From positions 7,681 through 71,680 of IMG/VR virus record IMGVR_UViG_3300031566_000019: DNA of 64,000 nucleotides; one strand, given 5' to 3'. This document shows positions 35,450 through 44,859 of the stretch, one piece after another. Position 1 is the stretch's first letter; every line of letters starts with the position of its first letter. Made by a program: the position numbers and the translations under genes. The stretch comes from a virus. The notes beneath the pieces were generated by a model. It ran no database searches. It saw only the letters and a program-made list of their open reading frames with translations, and was not told the DNA's origin.

Positions 35450-38400
35450 TTACGGACCCGTTCCTCCGCTGCCGAAGAAGAGGTTCGTGGTGGTGTTCGT
35501 GGTGGTGTCGTAGAGCTGTCCGAAGACACTCCACCCCACGCTACCGTCCAGACTCTCGAAGGATGGTGTTTCAGGTCCAAGTGGTGTGAACAAGATCGCT
35601 TCTTGGAGGTTTCCGCCGGCATTTTCGTCGCCGCCGCTCGCCTCCAAGAACGTGGAACTCGTGAACCCGCCGAAGCCATCTGCGGGGCCGTCACTGAACG
35701 AAATCGGGGTTGTCTCCGTGAACGCCAGTCCATCGAACCCGATGCCAATGAGCCCGTTTCCAATGTCACCCGGGTCGTTTCCAGGCGCTCCGGCTTCTGC
35801 CGCTCCGGGAATGCTGTCGTCGCAAAAGGGCGACAATCGACACTCCTCACCTTCCGCAACCTCACAGAAGTCGATGTCTTCGTACTGGATCTTCGAGTCC
35901 TGTTGGAAATCAAGAAACCGGAACGGATCGTTGAAAACGAAGGCCGGGTCGGTGTTGAAGACATCGTTTGGATCGTTGAACCGCGATCCCCATGCCAACT
36001 CAGAGGTCGCCTTACTAACCTGTGAAGTCTGAAAAGGAGGCGTCCCTTCGTTGAGTAGCGTCGTCCCATCCAAAAGGGGTTGCGAGCACAGATAAGTTTT
36101 CGTGAGTGGTTTTCCGGCCGCGTAGCTCACCGTCACGGACACTTTTGTGTCGAGCGGGTAACCAGACCCGTCAGGGCCGCCGGGAAAAACGGGGTCCAGC
36201 GCATTGAGCTGAACCGGTCTTGGGAACACAAAGTCAATGTCGTCGTTCAGGCTCGGATTGTTGACGAAGGGATCTTCGTCATCCGGCACGTCGAACGACG
36301 GATAGTATCCGAGCGTCATGTACGACGTGATCGTGATGGTCTGCGTCTCTTTGTCAAAGTCAAAACTGTTGGGCAAGTACGTGACCGTACGCCCCGCAGA
36401 GTTGACGAAGGTGAAATTGAACACCCGATCCACCGTCACATTGAGCGAAGTCAAGGGGATCGTTTCCGAGTCCGTCGACAGGACAATGCCTTGCTCAACG
36501 GTCACGTCATTCCCGAACTCACCGCTCGTGATGACGTTGTACTGATTGAGGACCATGTGCGGCGGCATGATCCAATCCTCAGACGCATACCGGTAGATCC
36601 GGTAACGGACCTCATCGATGCGCGTCTGCGAAATCGAACGAGAATCTAGGGCGCCAAAAGACACCGTCCCAAAAGTCGAGTTCTCTGAGGCTCGAGGAAG
36701 ACCGCGATACTCGACGTTGATCCATCCCGCGCTCGGCTCCGTGAACTGCGTAGCAAAATTGCCCGTAAATCCCGGAGGGGGCGGTAGGTCTGGCCGCAAA
36801 ATGGTGACGCCCCACCCTGGATCTCGATGGATTCGGACGCGCATTCGTTGGGTCCAATCCATCTCCTCAATCACGGCAGACAGGTCACTGTTGGGAACCT
36901 CGAGGGAATCCGTACGCGGAAGCTGCCACTGGTTGATGTCGTTTACGTCGCCCCCGAGCCAAACACCAAGCGTCCTTTTGGCCGTAGAAGGAGCCAAGAC
37001 AACCACCGACATGTCTTCGATCTCCACAACACACGCAGTCACCGAAGACGCGAACCCAAGAGTGGCTTGCGTATCAGAGCTCGACAGACTGAACAAAGCC
37101 AAGTCCGCGACCCCAAGCACCACGTCATCCACCACCACACTCACTGTGCTTACGTCGTAATCGGCCACCACGCGATAAGTGTGGAGTTCGCCGTCGTTCC
37201 AAGTGACATCGAAAGCGGCAACCTCCACCCCTGTCTCCAGAGAGAACAGGAAAACTTGGTCAGGGGTCCCTCCCGCGGCCACACGGAGTTGAAGACCCAC
37301 CCCACGCGCGCCGCCCAAAGGACCAACGTCTGAGCCGAAGAAAATACCTGTATCCCCTGTGATGTCGGTGGTCGCCACCGACTCCACTGTGAGGCGCTCC
37401 TCTAGGATGCGCCCATCGCCTGCGGGATCTGTCGTAGCTCCTGTTTCAAGGAGCTCAAAGGAGTAGAACAAGTTCTCCCCCTCGGCTTGGGTGAACTGCA
37501 TGCGTTGACCTTGCACGCGTTCCACCCCCAACCCCCCACTCTTTAGCCATCCTTGCGCATCTGGGAGAAGAAGCCCCGACAAAGAGACGCTACGCAAGTT
37601 GAGGAGACTGCGCTCGGTAGCCGACTCTTGATACAGGATCGTGGCAAGTCGAACTTCTCGAGTGCCGTCACTGACCACGTAGAGCAAGTCCCCCGCACCA
37701 AGGATGGCGCTGTCGAGCTGAAAAGTCGTGTCTACATCGATAGCAAGACGACGCGTCAGGAAAGGCTCGAGCCGCGCGTAACCGATCGTCAGATCTTGCC
37801 CTTGGACCCCGGGCTCATCATCGCTCGAGGTCGCTTTGAGTAGGATTTGGTCTCCGGTTGAGTCGATGATCCGCGAGCCAAAGTCTTGTGTCAGAAACCA
37901 AATGTTGTTGGGGTCGTCCTCAGGGAGATCGTTCATCTCCGCAGACACCACGATCTGTCGAACGTGCTGTGTAGTGACGCCCGGCTCAATCCCGTAACGA
38001 ACGAAGTACCAGTCAGACAAATTGCTGGCGCGCCGGTCTAAAGACCCCCAGAAAACCTCACCCTCGTTTCCTGTCGGATACAGGAGAACACCATCGGGAG
38101 GGATGGAGAAAGGAGGAGCCCCCTCCAACTGCAAGGCGTTCCCCGCAAAAGAGCCCCCCACAAACAGCTCGGCATAGCCTTCAGGAAGCCGTTTGATGTC
38201 GTTTTTGACGACTAGACGGTAAGTGTTGGGACGGTTCGTCTCACCATCACCATCCCACCGTTGCTCAAACATCGCCGTGAAATCCCGGTTCCCATACAAT
38301 TGAGCATTTGCCGGGAAGGGGTTGGACGAGTCGATTGACACGGTGCTCGTGCCGTTCGTCTGGTCCACGATTTCGATGACCTCGTAAATCCCTTCTTGCG

Positions 38401-41026
38401 TACCTTCAAGAATTTGGAACCGAATAAGATCATCGGAGATCAGACGTTCTCGAATGAGTTTTGGGAGAGCATCGCTATCGGTTCGGAACGTGGTTGGATC
38501 GAGAATTTGAATGGGAGTCTGGTAGGCCAACTGCCATGACTCCGCGAGTTCGGGGAAAGAGGGATCGACGAGCATCCCGATGTGCTGCACGTCATTGATG
38601 AGGAGAGCCCCAACCAAATAGAGGTGATTGTTCGTGTGACAACCGAAACCCACCCCTGTGAAAACACCATCGGGAAATGGGAGCGGAAGGCCAGGATCAG
38701 GTTCACCATCGATCGGGATGGTCGCCCCATCCGTGCGCACTTGAAAGCGCACCACCATCACGATGGTCTCCTCTTGGTCCGCCGTGATTTCGCGTTCGTA
38801 AAACCCCACGGTCCCCGTATCAAAGGACCCGCTGACCTGTTTCAAAATCTGAAAGAACCCTTGGGTTACTTCCAATGCCTCGGCGATGTTCCCCGGAAAA
38901 ATCGTGCCGTCGTTTTCCGCAAAGTCGATTTCAAGAGCAGAGTTGTCCCCGACAAGCACCCAAGGATTATCCGGGTCCAGCGCAGGATCTACGGTGCCTT
39001 CGTAGAAAACCACCTCCCCTTGAGTCCCGCGCTCCTCCCCTTCAAGAGCAATCTGATGCGGATTGCGATTGAGCAGGAGCGTTGTGGGGCTGTTGAGCGC
39101 CGCCGTGTACTGCTGCTGAAACGCGATGAACCGTGGACTACGCAACAACGGCTTGCGTGTCTTGGGGCCTCCGGGGCCGAGAACAAGCCCCATCGGGAAC
39201 CGCGAGAACTCTTGGCCGTTCGTACCCCCACCAGGGAGACCGACCCCACTTGAATTTCCCCCTGTAGGACACAGGGGCTTGCAGTCGTATTTGTTAAGGA
39301 CGACTCCAAGTGTATTGAGACCACCCATCGCCATGATGGGAGAGGGAAACCAGATGTAGTCGACCCCTACGTCCATTATGCCCGGGGGCATCAACGGGAT
39401 CGGGATCGTCAGAAATATCTTGGCGTAGTACGGATTGACGTTTTCGACTTCGACGGCGACACCGTTGACGGAGACCACCACGTCTCGCTTCGTGGCCGGC
39501 GTCGCGTCTCCCCACCCTTTGACGAGTGGTCCTTTCTTCGTGAGCAGAAAGTTCTTGGCGTTCGCTCCCGAACCGACGAAAGGAGCCGACTGATTGTGCA
39601 GGAAGTTCCATGCCGCCGAGAAAACCGTCTGCGTCGCGGTAAACAGCAGGTCTTGAAGCGGGAAATCGAGGATCTCGTGGACACCTGCGGGGTCGAGATG
39701 GAACTGCACACCAGCGGGAAACCCTGGCGGTGCGGTGAAGCTCGCAGTGAGACCGGCCACGATGGGTTCGCCATTCACGACGACCGTGTACGTGTCCGCC
39801 TTCTGATTGCGTGCCAGCGAAACAACGACCTGTTGGCTCGTCCAATCGATGCTGGAGCTCGCGCTGAAAAGACCAGACTCGATCTCGAGCGTGTCCACGC
39901 CCGCGATGCGTTTGAACGCAAGGCTCACCTGCACGGCACTGTCGTTGATCAAGATCAACACAACCGGGTCCGTTCCAGGCTCGGGGTCGATCTTGACTGC
40001 TGCCGACGCATCGAAAGTCACATCGACGCGGTAGCTCGAGTTCGGAAGCAATTTGCCCGACGTGTCGAGGAATCTCCACCCGTAGGAGAAACCGACCTGC
40101 TTCGACATCAGGATTTCGTCGGTGCCCTGTGTCGTCGTCCCGCTGCCGATCTCCTGCGCGATGAAATCGGCCTGTGGAGCTGTGGGCAGGTAGGTCCCAT
40201 CGTAGTCGATGGCCGTCGCCGGGCTGACAACTCCCGTGTACTGCGCGCTCGTCATCCCGAGCACGTCGAGTTTCACCTGACTCGCATCAAGGTTGTACGG
40301 GTGCGTGACTGTCTGCGGCAGAATGGTCTGCGGATACGTTGTCTCGTAGCCGTAGGCATCGGGGTCTTCAATGCCGGGCGTGAATCCGGCTTCGGGAAGC
40401 ATGTCCTGCTCAAAATCGTAGACGAGCTCCGAACCAGAGATGGGAGTGATCGTGAACGGAGGAGGCTCGCCCTTGCACAGCACATTGGCTTGGTTGAGAG
40501 GGGCGTAGGCCGCGATGGCCGTACCTCCGATGTCTCGGGGGCCGACCACGACGACCGTGTAGAGGCCTCCGAGCGTGGTGCCGGTGTGATTCAAAATCAC
40601 GGAGGTCGGCCCCCACGTCCCCATGACGCCTGCTTGGACACTCAAAACGGTGGCCGGGGCAGCTCCCGTCACATCAATGAGGGTGTAGCTCGCGGGATCG
40701 AACAGATCCGCATCGGGCGACATCTCTTGCGAGAAGAACACCTCGATGATGAAACCCGTGATCGATATCGCAGCGATGACCTCGGGAGGAGCCGACAAAC
40801 TGTCGATGCAGCCGTAGGGACCGGTGCCGTAAGCACAGCCTCCGTATCCGCCCGTGACCGCGATGGTGGGTTTGCCGAACCCTCCAAGAGAGCCGTAGGG
40901 ACTCAGACCATAAGCGTATCCACCGTAGCCCCCAAGGGGAGGCACAGTGGCTGGTAGAGACACTCCACCGAGACCCCCATAGGGGCCGTAGCCGTAGGGC
41001 TCAAGTCCGTAGCCGAAGACGCTCAT
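35450..41026 (-). CDS. large multidomain virion protein (1,858 aa) with YGxxPYG repeats and lectin-like beta-sandwich repeats
   Basis: N-terminal Gly/Tyr repeats; repeated segments such as DGELHTYRVVADYDVSTVSVVVDD. Confidence 0.75.
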   Translation of the reverse strand: MSVFGYGLEPYGYGPYGGLGGVSLPATVPPLGGYGGYAYGLSPYGSLGGFGKPTIAVTGGYGGCAYGTGPYGCIDSLSAPPEVIAAISITGFIIEVFFSQEMSPDADLFDPASYTLIDVTGAAPATVLSVQAGVMGTWGPTSVILNHTGTTLGGLYTVVVVGPRDIGGTAIAAYAPLNQANVLCKGEPPPFTITPISGSELVYDFEQDMLPEAGFTPGIEDPDAYGYETTYPQTILPQTVTHPYNLDASQVKLDVLGMTSAQYTGVVSPATAIDYDGTYLPTAPQADFIAQEIGSGTTTQGTDEILMSKQVGFSYGWRFLDTSGKLLPNSSYRVDVTFDASAAVKIDPEPGTDPVVLILINDSAVQVSLAFKRIAGVDTLEIESGLFSASSSIDWTSQQVVVSLARNQKADTYTVVVNGEPIVAGLTASFTAPPGFPAGVQFHLDPAGVHEILDFPLQDLLFTATQTVFSAAWNFLHNQSAPFVGSGANAKNFLLTKKGPLVKGWGDATPATKRDVVVSVNGVAVEVENVNPYYAKIFLTIPIPLMPPGIMDVGVDYIWFPSPIMAMGGLNTLGVVLNKYDCKPLCPTGGNSSGVGLPGGGTNGQEFSRFPMGLVLGPGGPKTRKPLLRSPRFIAFQQQYTAALNSPTTLLLNRNPHQIALEGEERGTQGEVVFYEGTVDPALDPDNPWVLVGDNSALEIDFAENDGTIFPGNIAEALEVTQGFFQILKQVSGSFDTGTVGFYEREITADQEETIVMVVRFQVRTDGATIPIDGEPDPGLPLPFPDGVFTGVGFGCHTNNHLYLVGALLINDVQHIGMLVDPSFPELAESWQLAYQTPIQILDPTTFRTDSDALPKLIRERLISDDLIRFQILEGTQEGIYEVIEIVDQTNGTSTVSIDSSNPFPANAQLYGNRDFTAMFEQRWDGDGETNRPNTYRLVVKNDIKRLPEGYAELFVGGSFAGNALQLEGAPPFSIPPDGVLLYPTGNEGEVFWGSLDRRASNLSDWYFVRYGIEPGVTTQHVRQIVVSAEMNDLPEDDPNNIWFLTQDFGSRIIDSTGDQILLKATSSDDEPGVQGQDLTIGYARLEPFLTRRLAIDVDTTFQLDSAILGAGDLLYVVSDGTREVRLATILYQESATERSLLNLRSVSLSGLLLPDAQGWLKSGGLGVERVQGQRMQFTQAEGENLFYSFELLETGATTDPAGDGRILEERLTVESVATTDITGDTGIFFGSDVGPLGGARGVGLQLRVAAGGTPDQVFLFSLETGVEVAAFDVTWNDGELHTYRVVADYDVSTVSVVVDDVVLGVADLALFSLSSSDTQATLGFASSVTACVVEIEDMSVVVLAPSTAKRTLGVWLGGDVNDINQWQLPRTDSLEVPNSDLSAVIEEMDWTQRMRVRIHRDPGWGVTILRPDLPPPPGFTGNFATQFTEPSAGWINVEYRGLPRASENSTFGTVSFGALDSRSISQTRIDEVRYRIYRYASEDWIMPPHMVLNQYNVITSGEFGNDVTVEQGIVLSTDSETIPLTSLNVTVDRVFNFTFVNSAGRTVTYLPNSFDFDKETQTITITSYMTLGYYPSFDVPDDEDPFVNNPSLNDDIDFVFPRPVQLNALDPVFPGGPDGSGYPLDTKVSVTVSYAAGKPLTKTYLCSQPLLDGTTLLNEGTPPFQTSQVSKATSELAWGSRFNDPNDVFNTDPAFVFNDPFRFLDFQQDSKIQYEDIDFCEVAEGEECRLSPFCDDSIPGAAEAGAPGNDPGDIGNGLIGIGFDGLAFTETTPISFSDGPADGFGGFTSSTFLEASGGDENAGGNLQEAILFTPLGPETPSFESLDGSVGWSVFGQLYDTTTNTTTNLFFGSGGTGP

Positions 41027-41051
41027 CTATCACAGCACAAAGTGGGTTCGG

Positions 41052-43367
41052 TTAGACCGTACCGGTGAGGGACACGGTGAGGCCGTCCGATCCGACGGGA
41101 AGAGGTGACGGGTAGGTCACTTGGATGAGCAGGGACTCGATCGCACCAGGCGCGACCGCAATCGGGAGATTGGCAATGGGGAGAAGGAGCGCAGGGCCCG
41201 TAGGAGCTGCGACCGGGATCGGGAAAGCACCCGGCAAGAAACTCAGGTCAAACCCTGCGGCTCCGTAGCCGGGGCCTGCCGCCGGGTCCACGATGGGCAC
41301 CAGAGCTCCCACAGGGCCCACGAAGACCTGCAAGAAGGTGCCGGGTGGGAAGGGGCCTCCGACATTGAAATAGAGCTGAAGGGGCCCTGCGGCGCCAGGA
41401 GGGCCACCGGCCCCCGGGGGCACCGCGAACCCCGCAGCGTAGTTGATGATGTCGAACTCTTGCGTGATGAACGGCGGCGCAAACGCGACCGTCGGGACGT
41501 ACATCTGACGCGAGAGCGTGTCCTGTACCGTCCCGCTAGCAGCCAGCGTGATGCGTCCTTGAGCATCGACAGTGAGATTGGTGCGCGTGTAGGCACCAGG
41601 GGCAACGCCCGTAGCCGTGAGGTTGACAGCGATGGCGCCGTCATCGACACCCGCGTACGAGATACTCGTGCCGGTGCCGGCTCCAAGCACACGGTTGTCC
41701 GAAAGACCCGCGGCAGGGGAGAATGTGATGAAGGGAGCGCTTGACGGAGCCGCACCACCACCACCGCCACCGGCGATCTCGTCGAGAGCATCCTGCACGT
41801 TCTCCGACAAAAGACCGGAAGACGTGTTGTCGTAGAACAGAGAACGGCCGTCGGTGAGCGCCTGTCGAGTGACGGAGCCAACGATCGTGACATCCGGGTC
41901 GTACTCTGAGGACGCCGCACGAAGGTACGAAGTGCCCACGACCCCCGTGTCGTCGATGGTGATCGTCAGGAACCCGGGAGCTCCTGCACTGTCATCACCG
42001 AGACGGGTACGACGGAGGTTGACGGCGAGGTCGCCGGGAACTGCCGCAGCCGTGGGGTTGGCTTCGATGCCATCCGTGACAACGCCGCCAGTGTCGATGG
42101 TGAGCGTGCAGTCCTCGAGCGAAAGCTCTTCGGACCATGTCTGAATGGCAAATGAGGCGGGATCGTTCCCGGTTTGCTCAAAGGTGCAGTGAGAGAACCG
42201 CCCGATGACGCCACCGTTGAGGGACGGGTCCACCTGACCGATGCTTGGTCCGATGAAGGCCGTCTCGCTCGCAATGAGCTCGGCGGTCCCGGCGGACACG
42301 TCCACAAGGAACGCAAGGGAATCACCCGAAAAGGTGTCCTCCTGGATGACGCGACAATCGTGAAGAAAGGCGCGTCCCTGTTCGACGGAAATGCCGGCGC
42401 CTTGGCTCGGTGCCGCACCTCCCGACTGAAGAAGCTCAGTGTTGAGCAGGTAGACGTCGCCGTCACCAATCTTGCGCATGAGCGCGTTCGTGGTGGTGCC
42501 CACGTTCTCGAGCACCATGTTGGCGATCATGGCGTACTCGCCAAGGTTCGCCATGTTCGCCGTCATCGTGCCCGCGGGGGCACCGCCGTTTGCACAGCGA
42601 ACAGTCACGCTACGGTCGAAGTCAGGGTGGTCCCCGGTACCGCCTCCCGTAGAGGGCCATCCAATGACATGGACGTACGGCTTGAACTCGATGTCTTCTT
42701 GATAGAACCCGGGACGGACCGCGATGATGACGGGCTGCGTCGCGCTCGGAGCAATGCCGCCGTTGAAGTCCGCATTGGTTTCGGCAGCAAGGATGCCGGC
42801 ACTGATCGTGGAGAAGTCCGCGAACCCCTCAGCGACGGCCGGATTGTTCGGCGCGGCCAGGTTGTCTTTGCCGCGGTTCGCATCGACGTAGATGATGCGA
42901 CCACTTGCAGAGACGTGCTGAATGAGACAGAGCAGCCGGTTCAGGTTGAAGTTCTGGTCGTTGGCCCAGCCCTCAGCCGACACATCCACCGGGATGATGC
43001 CGCTGCCATCGCGACGTTCTCCTGCCGCGACGAGTTTGAGATCACCGAAAATCGTGTCAAAGCGTAGACGAACGTACTGCTCATCTTGACTCGGGAGACC
43101 CGCATCGATGACGAGACGGATCAGGTACGGTCCCTCGTTGTCGACGGTGAAAGTCACCGGACCAGGGCCGAAGATGTTGCCGATCAAGGTGGCAGCGGAA
43201 GGGTTACGGTCCTTGTCCTCTGGAGCGAAGGCGATCGACCAAGCGTAGGTGGTCGCAGGTCCCCCGACTTGATCGAGCTGGACCACGTCCCCTGTGCGGA
43301 GGTCGTCGCGACTCGCCCCGACGACCGGGTTGATGCCGTTGACGAGACTCTGAATCAATGCGGGCAT
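41052..43367 (-). CDS. tail fibre/tailspike-like protein
   Basis: PKD-like N-terminus (TYAWSI..VTFTVDNEGPYLIRL), beta-helix entry (IIYVDAN..FSTISAGI..IAVRPGFYQE), NVQDALDEI and the fibre repeat TGVAPGAYTRTNLTVDAQGRIT. Confidence 0.75.
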   Translation of the reverse strand: MPALIQSLVNGINPVVGASRDDLRTGDVVQLDQVGGPATTYAWSIAFAPEDKDRNPSAATLIGNIFGPGPVTFTVDNEGPYLIRLVIDAGLPSQDEQYVRLRFDTIFGDLKLVAAGERRDGSGIIPVDVSAEGWANDQNFNLNRLLCLIQHVSASGRIIYVDANRGKDNLAAPNNPAVAEGFADFSTISAGILAAETNADFNGGIAPSATQPVIIAVRPGFYQEDIEFKPYVHVIGWPSTGGGTGDHPDFDRSVTVRCANGGAPAGTMTANMANLGEYAMIANMVLENVGTTTNALMRKIGDGDVYLLNTELLQSGGAAPSQGAGISVEQGRAFLHDCRVIQEDTFSGDSLAFLVDVSAGTAELIASETAFIGPSIGQVDPSLNGGVIGRFSHCTFEQTGNDPASFAIQTWSEELSLEDCTLTIDTGGVVTDGIEANPTAAAVPGDLAVNLRRTRLGDDSAGAPGFLTITIDDTGVVGTSYLRAASSEYDPDVTIVGSVTRQALTDGRSLFYDNTSSGLLSENVQDALDEIAGGGGGGAAPSSAPFITFSPAAGLSDNRVLGAGTGTSISYAGVDDGAIAVNLTATGVAPGAYTRTNLTVDAQGRITLAASGTVQDTLSRQMYVPTVAFAPPFITQEFDIINYAAGFAVPPGAGGPPGAAGPLQLYFNVGGPFPPGTFLQVFVGPVGALVPIVDPAAGPGYGAAGFDLSFLPGAFPIPVAAPTGPALLLPIANLPIAVAPGAIESLLIQVTYPSPLPVGSDGLTVSLTGTV

Positions 43368-43393
43368 GGGCTTCCTCGGCCGGAGCTGCCGGT

Positions 43394-43419
43394 CCTATCT
43401 TGCGGGGGCCTATAGGCCC
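43394..43419 (-). promoter_or_regulatory. candidate late promoter CCTAT-N14-TAGG overlapping a 14-bp palindrome
   Basis: CCTAT-AGGCCCCCGCAAGA-TAGG; perfect palindrome GGGCCTATAGGCCC at 43406-43419. Confidence 0.55.
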
Positions 43420-43428
43420 GCCACCGAG

Positions 43429-44859
43429 CTACAAGAAGAACTGGGCAGACACGTCTTCTCCCAGGACGGTGAAAGGCGTACGAACGCCCAAGCGCTCCAG
43501 AGACAGCCCGTAGGACTGCCCTGTAGCGACCGCAGGCATCCTTGTGAGGGTCGTCAGGATGCTCGGCGCAACTCGCACCTGGGTCGCCCCAGAACCCGCA
43601 GGGACGAGCCCTACGGCCCCTCCGTTGTTCCCGAGCAACGTCTCGAGACGGTAGCTTCCCGTGTTTGGCCCCTCAAGGATGGTGATAATTTCACCTTCTG
43701 ACGCATCGGAAAAATCCTGATCCGTATCTTCAAGAACGCCATCTTCGTCCACGATTGTCGTGACATCCCCTGACAGGCCCGTGGGGCTCGTCGTGTACGG
43801 TCTTGGGACGGGGACCCCTTGGGTATCCACATCATCCCCCGAAATTAACCGTTGGATGCCAACGACTCGGTAGCGTCCGAGTGTTGCGGAATCTTGACCT
43901 CCATTGGAGGGGCTTGAATTTGGACCGTCCAAAATCTCCAAGACGGCACCCTCACAAACAGCTCGGAAATCTCGAGTAGGATCGGAAAAAAGGAGTTGCC
44001 CCGTGAGGGTGGTGCCGCCGTCCCCCGTAATCTCCTTCATGCCGCAACAGAATTTGCGGAACTCTTCGTAGTACCAAGGGTCAAGTTCGATGAACGGAGC
44101 GGCTCTGAACAGATTCTCAAATGAATCCAAAAACAGGTGCCGGTACTCAAACAAGGATGTCGCAGGACGAAGAGCACGAAGAATGCGAAGGTTGTTCCGC
44201 AACACACGGAACGGGTCCTCGGGGAACCCGGTCCCCAGCTCACCGGTGATCAGCTCACCGGTGGTGGGATCGGTGAAAACCGTGACGCACAAGACGTTGA
44301 TTTCAAACTCGTGCTGCTCCCCGAACCCCCAGTAACTGATTTCTCGATCCGAGAAATCAACTTTGGCAAGTACTTGAATGACCGCTTCGGTCAGAAGCTC
44401 AAGCCCCTCTTGGACCGTCTCCTGTGTGGAACCTTGAAGCAGCAGCAGAATCATGCGCCGCAAGAACTCGCGATACGTCAAGTCACCATCCACCTCGGGG
44501 ATGCCTCGAGGGTCCTCATTGGTGTTGGGGAACACCAGCGTCCCAATCATCTGCCAAAGATACTCTGGACGAGCGAAGTCCACGTCGGACTCCAGGCCAG
44601 TGTCCTCAAGCGTGAGCTGAAGATCCGCGAGCTGCTCGGCGATGGCTTGGTACTGCACCCAGTAGTACGGGCCCGGGATCTGAGCGACGTAGTTCGATGG
44701 AAGCACCTGTTGAAAAGTGCTGAGGATCGAATCAACGATGTCTCTCTTCGTCCGGGACCCTTGCTGCCCCTCTCGAGAAACAGGCGCCGGGTTCTGCTGT
44801 CGCGTGAACGGCAGGTACGGCGTCTTGGGCAGAATCAGTGGCTTCTTCTCATCAGACAT
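43429..44859 (-). CDS. baseplate wedge protein, P2 gpI/Mu gp48-like
   Basis: Start probably ATG 44859, overlapping the J-like stop. YREFLRRMILLLLQGSTQETVQEGL and ILRALRPATSLF; canonical position after baseplate J. Confidence 0.7.
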   Translation of the reverse strand: MSDEKKPLILPKTPYLPFTRQQNPAPVSREGQQGSRTKRDIVDSILSTFQQVLPSNYVAQIPGPYYWVQYQAIAEQLADLQLTLEDTGLESDVDFARPEYLWQMIGTLVFPNTNEDPRGIPEVDGDLTYREFLRRMILLLLQGSTQETVQEGLELLTEAVIQVLAKVDFSDREISYWGFGEQHEFEINVLCVTVFTDPTTGELITGELGTGFPEDPFRVLRNNLRILRALRPATSLFEYRHLFLDSFENLFRAAPFIELDPWYYEEFRKFCCGMKEITGDGGTTLTGQLLFSDPTRDFRAVCEGAVLEILDGPNSSPSNGGQDSATLGRYRVVGIQRLISGDDVDTQGVPVPRPYTTSPTGLSGDVTTIVDEDGVLEDTDQDFSDASEGEIITILEGPNTGSYRLETLLGNNGGAVGLVPAGSGATQVRVAPSILTTLTRMPAVATGQSYGLSLERLGVRTPFTVLGEDVSAQFFL

